Below are positions 15,874 through 20,000 of a DNA stretch of 20,000 nucleotides, piece after piece. Origin of the DNA: an uncultured virus (IMG/VR IMGVR_UViG_3300044634_004095) (Duplodnaviria > Heunggongvirae > Uroviricota > Caudoviricetes); IMG/VR virus record IMGVR_UViG_3300044634_004095. One strand, written 5' to 3'. Under the pieces are notes generated by a model. That model was not told where the DNA came from, made no database searches, and worked only from the letters and a program-made list of their open reading frames with translations. Numbering within the stretch: the first letter of the stretch is position 1; every line of letters starts with the position of its first letter. The translations under genes were made by a program, and so were the position numbers.

Positions 15874-17334
15874 ATGCCAGGCGTAGTCATCTCAACATCA
15901 ATTAGAACAGGCCCTTCAACGGCGACAGTACGTGAGTCATCACAGCTGTTTATCGTTGGCTTAGCTGAACGCGGTCCCTCTGATACTGCCACGCTCATAC
16001 AGAGCATTGCGGAGTACGAAGACGTGTACGGAGAGTACGAGTCAGATTCTTACACTCATCCACTTGTCGAAACCTTCTTTGAAGAAGGCGGCACGCAGTG
16101 TTACGTAGCCAGAACGGTGGGCACCTCTGCCTCCGCTGGGTCACTGACGCTTCAGTCCGGCTCAGTGAATGTCCTTGCTCTTACCGCAAATGGCCCTGGC
16201 GCCTGGAGTGCCAACGTTGACATTCAGGTAGAGCAGCCAACAGTTGGAACTACTTTTAGAATAAATGTTTTTTACGATGATGTGATAAAGTACTCCACGG
16301 GTGTTGTGTCGACAGTTTCTCAAGCTGCTGGAAGAATAAATTCATCAGCAGTTGCCACAAGATACGTTTCAGCCTCTGTGGTCAGTACTTCAGGAATCCC
16401 AAGCATACTTGCGAAAACGGCACTACCCGCCGGAACCGATGACCGAGCAACGGTGGTCGACGCAACCCACCTTGCCGCGCTTGAGCTCTTTTCTGATTCT
16501 TTTGGAACCGGAGCAGTGATTGCCGCTGATTCGAGTAGCGACGCAATCGCTGCAGGACTTGTAACGCATGCCAATAATTACAATAGGGTTGCATTGCTTT
16601 ACGGGCCACAAGGCGACACCCCTGCACAAATTAAAGCGATGGCTCTCAGTATTCAAGCTGATGAATTCGCAGAACACGCAGCACTGTACTATCCTTGGGT
16701 AGTGGTTCCTACCCCTATACAGGGAGTTACGAGAACAATCCCACCAGTAGGATATGTCGCTGGGGCAAGATCTCGTGCACATAACGGAACTGGTCCTCAC
16801 GCTCCTTATGCCGGGCTAACTTCCGCATCTAGATTTGTTTTAAACACTTTTACAGAAGTCACAAAAGCTGTTGGAGATGAACTGGACGAAGGTTTTGTCA
16901 ACTCAATCAGAGGAATTCAGAACTCGGTTCGCATCTATGGTGCGCGGTCGTTGTCTTCAGATACAGATAACTTCCGGTACATAACTCAGCAGGACGTCGT
17001 TAACAGCATCGTTTCGGCTGCGTACCTGTCTCTTGAGGACTTGCTATTCACCCCGATCGATGCAAGAGGTGCAGTTTTTGCAGCAGTCGAGGCAAAATTG
17101 CTTTCAATTTGCGCAAATGCGCGAGACATTGGGGCTCTTTATCCAGCCTTCAATCCTGCAAATGGGACACTGCTTGATCCAGGATTCACCGTAAAGTGCG
17201 ACAGGACAATCAACCCTGTTTCGCAGCTTCAAAGTGGAACAATCAAAGCTCGAGTCGGCATTCGCGTAAGCGCAATAGGCGACAAAATTGAAATCGACAT
17301 TATTAAGTCCAACCTAACCGCTTCAGTGGTTTAA
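15874..17334 (+). CDS. Contractile tail sheath protein
   Basis: MPGVVI...FIVGLAERGP...FFEEGGTQCYVAR...AALYYPWV...PPVGYVAG...VNSIR...RIYGARSLS are canonical sheath motifs. Confidence 0.95.
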   Translation: MPGVVISTSIRTGPSTATVRESSQLFIVGLAERGPSDTATLIQSIAEYEDVYGEYESDSYTHPLVETFFEEGGTQCYVARTVGTSASAGSLTLQSGSVNVLALTANGPGAWSANVDIQVEQPTVGTTFRINVFYDDVIKYSTGVVSTVSQAAGRINSSAVATRYVSASVVSTSGIPSILAKTALPAGTDDRATVVDATHLAALELFSDSFGTGAVIAADSSSDAIAAGLVTHANNYNRVALLYGPQGDTPAQIKAMALSIQADEFAEHAALYYPWVVVPTPIQGVTRTIPPVGYVAGARSRAHNGTGPHAPYAGLTSASRFVLNTFTEVTKAVGDELDEGFVNSIRGIQNSVRIYGARSLSSDTDNFRYITQQDVVNSIVSAAYLSLEDLLFTPIDARGAVFAAVEAKLLSICANARDIGALYPAFNPANGTLLDPGFTVKCDRTINPVSQLQSGTIKARVGIRVSAIGDKIEIDIIKSNLTASVV

Positions 17335-17350
17335 TCGGAGGAGAAGCTAA

Positions 17351-17857
17351 ATGGCTAAGATCGCACAAAGACAAGTACTCGCCAATATGGAACCGAGCAC
17401 TTTTTCCAGCAATTCAAAACAACAGGGCAATATACAAACCAACCTTCCGAAGTGGGGTGTTTTTAAGTTTGCGCAAGTTTCAGGTGGAGAAATAACCGCT
17501 TCAGTAGAAAAAATCTACGAAGGTGGCAAATCACGTCCGACCGTATTGTGTGCCCCTTCTGAAATAGGCGATATTACTCTCACTGCGCACTACGACGACG
17601 ACATGACTGAGGACCAGGGTGAAGCAGGTATTGGGAAAAAAATTCAAAAACTGCGTCCGTACGTTGGTCTTGCATACTATGACATTACTGTCTCGGTCTA
17701 CGACTGCGACATTAAAGATCCGACCCTCGATCGCTTGTACTACAATGCACTCCTTGTAGGACTCACAGAAGCCGAAGGCGACTCGTCTTCTGGCGCTCCG
17801 GCAACTTTTGCCTTGACATTTGCAATCTCGGATGTTCAGAACCCTGTACCTAAATAA
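17351..17857 (+). CDS. Tail tube protein
   Basis: 168 aa directly after the sheath. FAQVSGGEITASVEKIYEGG...GDITLT resembles T4 gp19-like tubes. Confidence 0.85.
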   Translation: MAKIAQRQVLANMEPSTFSSNSKQQGNIQTNLPKWGVFKFAQVSGGEITASVEKIYEGGKSRPTVLCAPSEIGDITLTAHYDDDMTEDQGEAGIGKKIQKLRPYVGLAYYDITVSVYDCDIKDPTLDRLYYNALLVGLTEAEGDSSSGAPATFALTFAISDVQNPVPK

Positions 17858-17912
17858 TAACTAATATAACTAGTTACACCTTCAGCAAATTAACTGTGCT
17901 AGTTTAAGGCGC

Positions 17913-18461
17913 ATGACCGAAAACTCGCTTTACACACACGACGATGCCGACTCAGGCCGTTCAAAAAAATCAACACGAGACGACTCCATCTTGGAGAAGC
18001 CCAAAGAGGAAACTCAATTAAATCGGCTTAGAACTGTAGTTCAGCAAAAAGTTGAGCGCCCTATTGTCCTGATCCCGGTTCCAGAGCGTCTTGGGGTGAG
18101 CCTTAGAGTTAGCCCGAATATCACTCAGTCTCAGATGAAAAACTGGCGCAAAAATGCTGGCGAAGACTCGCGTAGCGGCTTAGATGCAACAAAATTTGCA
18201 TGTCTAGTAATAGGACATACAACAATTGGTTTTTGCATGGATGATGAGGAAATATTCGACGACAGCGGATACAACCTGACTTTTGCTCATCCCGCAGTTT
18301 TGGAAATGACCGAAGTAACTCGACCAGTGCCGGACGGTGTAAGAGCACTTTTCGGGGTTGATCCTCATATTGAATCAGCCGCTCTGGCGATTCTTGACGC
18401 TGCCGGTTACTCGGATACGGTTTCAGCTGTGGACCCTACGAAGGAGTCCTCGACGAACTAG
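17913..18461 (+). CDS. Tail assembly chaperone (short form)
   Basis: Position between tube and tape measure; ends in VDPTKESSTN and overlaps a start-less -1 frame ORF. Confidence 0.8.
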   Translation: MTENSLYTHDDADSGRSKKSTRDDSILEKPKEETQLNRLRTVVQQKVERPIVLIPVPERLGVSLRVSPNITQSQMKNWRKNAGEDSRSGLDATKFACLVIGHTTIGFCMDDEEIFDDSGYNLTFAHPAVLEMTEVTRPVPDGVRALFGVDPHIESAALAILDAAGYSDTVSAVDPTKESSTN

Positions 18462-18631
18462 TCGAAGACTCTTACATTAAATCCGCCGCAAGACTTGCTG
18501 AGCTATTTAACGTTAATCCATTGGATCTTTTAGATCTTGACGACACTAACTGGGCTATACTTTTTGCTTGTGCTAAAGTAATTAGTAACGACCGCGAAGA
18601 GCAAGAGAGAAAGTCGAAGACTCAGAGGTAA
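18434..18631 (+). CDS. Tail assembly chaperone C-terminal extension, expressed by putative -1 frameshift
   Basis: The -1 frame reads PYEGVLDELVEDSYIKSAARLAELFNVNPLDLLDLDDTNWAILFACAKVISNDREEQERKSKTQR, with TAA at 18629-18631. It has no ATG and fills the gap before the tape measure. Confidence 0.75.
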   Translation, partial: PYEGVLDELVEDSYIKSAARLAELFNVNPLDLLDLDDTNWAILFACAKVISNDREEQERKSKTQR

Positions 18632-18689
18632 TCCTCATAGCTCGGCAAAACCTTACACTCACGTGACCTAAAAATCACACGGAGCAGTA

Positions 18690-20000
18690 ATGGCAGACGA
18701 GAAGGTAAATGTACTAATTAAGTTTGACGCCAAAACGCGTCAGCTTGATACTGCCATAGCTAAAATGGCGTTACTCAACAAGTATGAAAAAAGGTTCGCC
18801 AGCGGTCAGCAACTTGAAAGATTTGCATCTCGTGGATCCGCAGCAGCAGGACAACTTGCCAGTAAATGGAAAAAGAGTTTTGATCTCATAGACGGCGCGG
18901 TCAAAATGACAGGAAAGTTCCTCACGGGATTTTTGAAGACTGCCATTAAAGGGGTGATCGCCCAAATGGGGCTTTTCGGAGCCGCAATGATGGGTGTCCA
19001 CGCAACATTTGTTCTCGGGCAGTTTGCTATGAAAGCCTATCGAGGAGCCATGCAACTTGTCGCCGGAGGAGCGGCAGCAGCGACTATGGCTATAGCGGCA
19101 TTTTCTTCTGCTCTTCGCGAGCAGCAGGCAGCAATGTTCGCCTACAGAGGCAAGGGGGCGAATGAGTTCGGTTCAGGGATGAATCAAACGCGAATGGGGA
19201 TGCGAAACCTTCAAGCAGACGCAAGTCTTGCAACTCTCGGAGTCGAAGCACTCAATAAAGCATATGGCACTATGTCAAAGTCGATGAACGTAGCGCAGAT
19301 AAATGCAAGCACTTCGACGATACGTGCTCTTATGGACTTCGGCTCAGCCGGACAAGATCCTGCAAAAGGGCTAGAGCAAGTAGCAGTAGTAATTGAAATG
19401 CTGTCAAACAAAAAGAAAAACATATCAGAAGTTATTACCGAGGCCAAAAAACTTGGTCCTGAGATGGAAGAAGCCTTAAAGACAGCAAATGTAAAAACTA
19501 AAGCTGAATTTGAAAAACTTCTTATGAGCGGTCAGCTTGCAAAGAAGGGTGGAGTATCTGGCCAATTTGGAGAAATCAACAATACTTTAATAGGGCAGCT
19601 TAAAAGTTACTTTACGCGCATACGTGTTGAGTTTGCAGACTTTGGCGATCAGTTTCTTGAACCACTCAAGGTTGCTTTTGAAAAAATATTTGACATCATC
19701 AGAAGAGACTTAACTCGCATCGAAGCAACGATAATGCAGACTGTCGGAACGCAAGGGATGATAGACGGCTTCGTTACGGCAACTGACAAAATAAGTAATT
19801 TTATGGTTAAACTCATGCGCGAATATCTACCAAAGACTGTTGGTATGTTCGGGCGTATTTCCGAATGGATGGAAGATTTCAAACGCGGATGGAACATTGT
19901 TTTAGACCGGCTGCGTCCACTAATAACTGGGGCACGCGTTCTATACAATGCGCTTTCGCCAATTTGGCAAGCAATAAAAGACGGTTTAAATCAAATATTT
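18690..20000 (+). CDS. Tail tape measure protein (5' part; runs off the window)
   Basis: Not in the ORF track. ATG at 18690 after GGAG: MADEKVNVLIKFDAKTRQLDTAIAKM... Ala/Gly/Met-rich helical sequence, in frame at base 20000, following the chaperone genes. Confidence 0.92.
   Translation, partial: MADEKVNVLIKFDAKTRQLDTAIAKMALLNKYEKRFASGQQLERFASRGSAAAGQLASKWKKSFDLIDGAVKMTGKFLTGFLKTAIKGVIAQMGLFGAAMMGVHATFVLGQFAMKAYRGAMQLVAGGAAAATMAIAAFSSALREQQAAMFAYRGKGANEFGSGMNQTRMGMRNLQADASLATLGVEALNKAYGTMSKSMNVAQINASTSTIRALMDFGSAGQDPAKGLEQVAVVIEMLSNKKKNISEVITEAKKLGPEMEEALKTANVKTKAEFEKLLMSGQLAKKGGVSGQFGEINNTLIGQLKSYFTRIRVEFADFGDQFLEPLKVAFEKIFDIIRRDLTRIEATIMQTVGTQGMIDGFVTATDKISNFMVKLMREYLPKTVGMFGRISEWMEDFKRGWNIVLDRLRPLITGARVLYNALSPIWQAIKDGLNQIF

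Noticed and set aside
15874..20000. Sheath and tube as a tailocin or extracellular contractile injection system
   Set aside because: Terminase, portal, prohead protease and head-tail adaptor genes in the same window indicate a real phage.
1..20000. Alternative genetic code, tRNA genes, introns or inteins
   Set aside because: TAA, TAG and TGA all end genes at sensible positions, conserved proteins are uninterrupted and of ordinary core length, and no cloverleaf was noticed.

Overview
This is a gene-dense segment of a tailed dsDNA phage with a contractile tail (myovirus-type). An actinobacterial host is inferred from several apparently leaderless genes and an extended match to the actinobacterial 16S 3' tail. 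The minus strand at the left carries a small membrane protein, an HK97-type portal and a long HK97-type prohead protease that runs off the window. The terminase large subunit is transcribed divergently from these. It is followed by a recombination block (Rad52/Sak annealase, Cas4/RecB-like exonuclease, HNH, RuvC-like resolvase), a ParB / PAPS-reductase-like / ParB triad, a very basic protein facing two acidic paralogs, and then neck, sheath, tube, a frameshifted tail chaperone and the tape measure. Four signals stand out. (1) A structured 340-bp intergenic locus has about 17 nt of complementarity to the 16S rRNA 3' end directly before a 17-codon ORF. (2) A HiPIP-like four-Cys domain is fused to the prohead protease. 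(3) The IbrAB-like triad is a candidate DNA-modification module. (4) The basic protein and acidic paralog pair form an inserted cassette. All family calls come from motif recognition by eye; no database searches were run.
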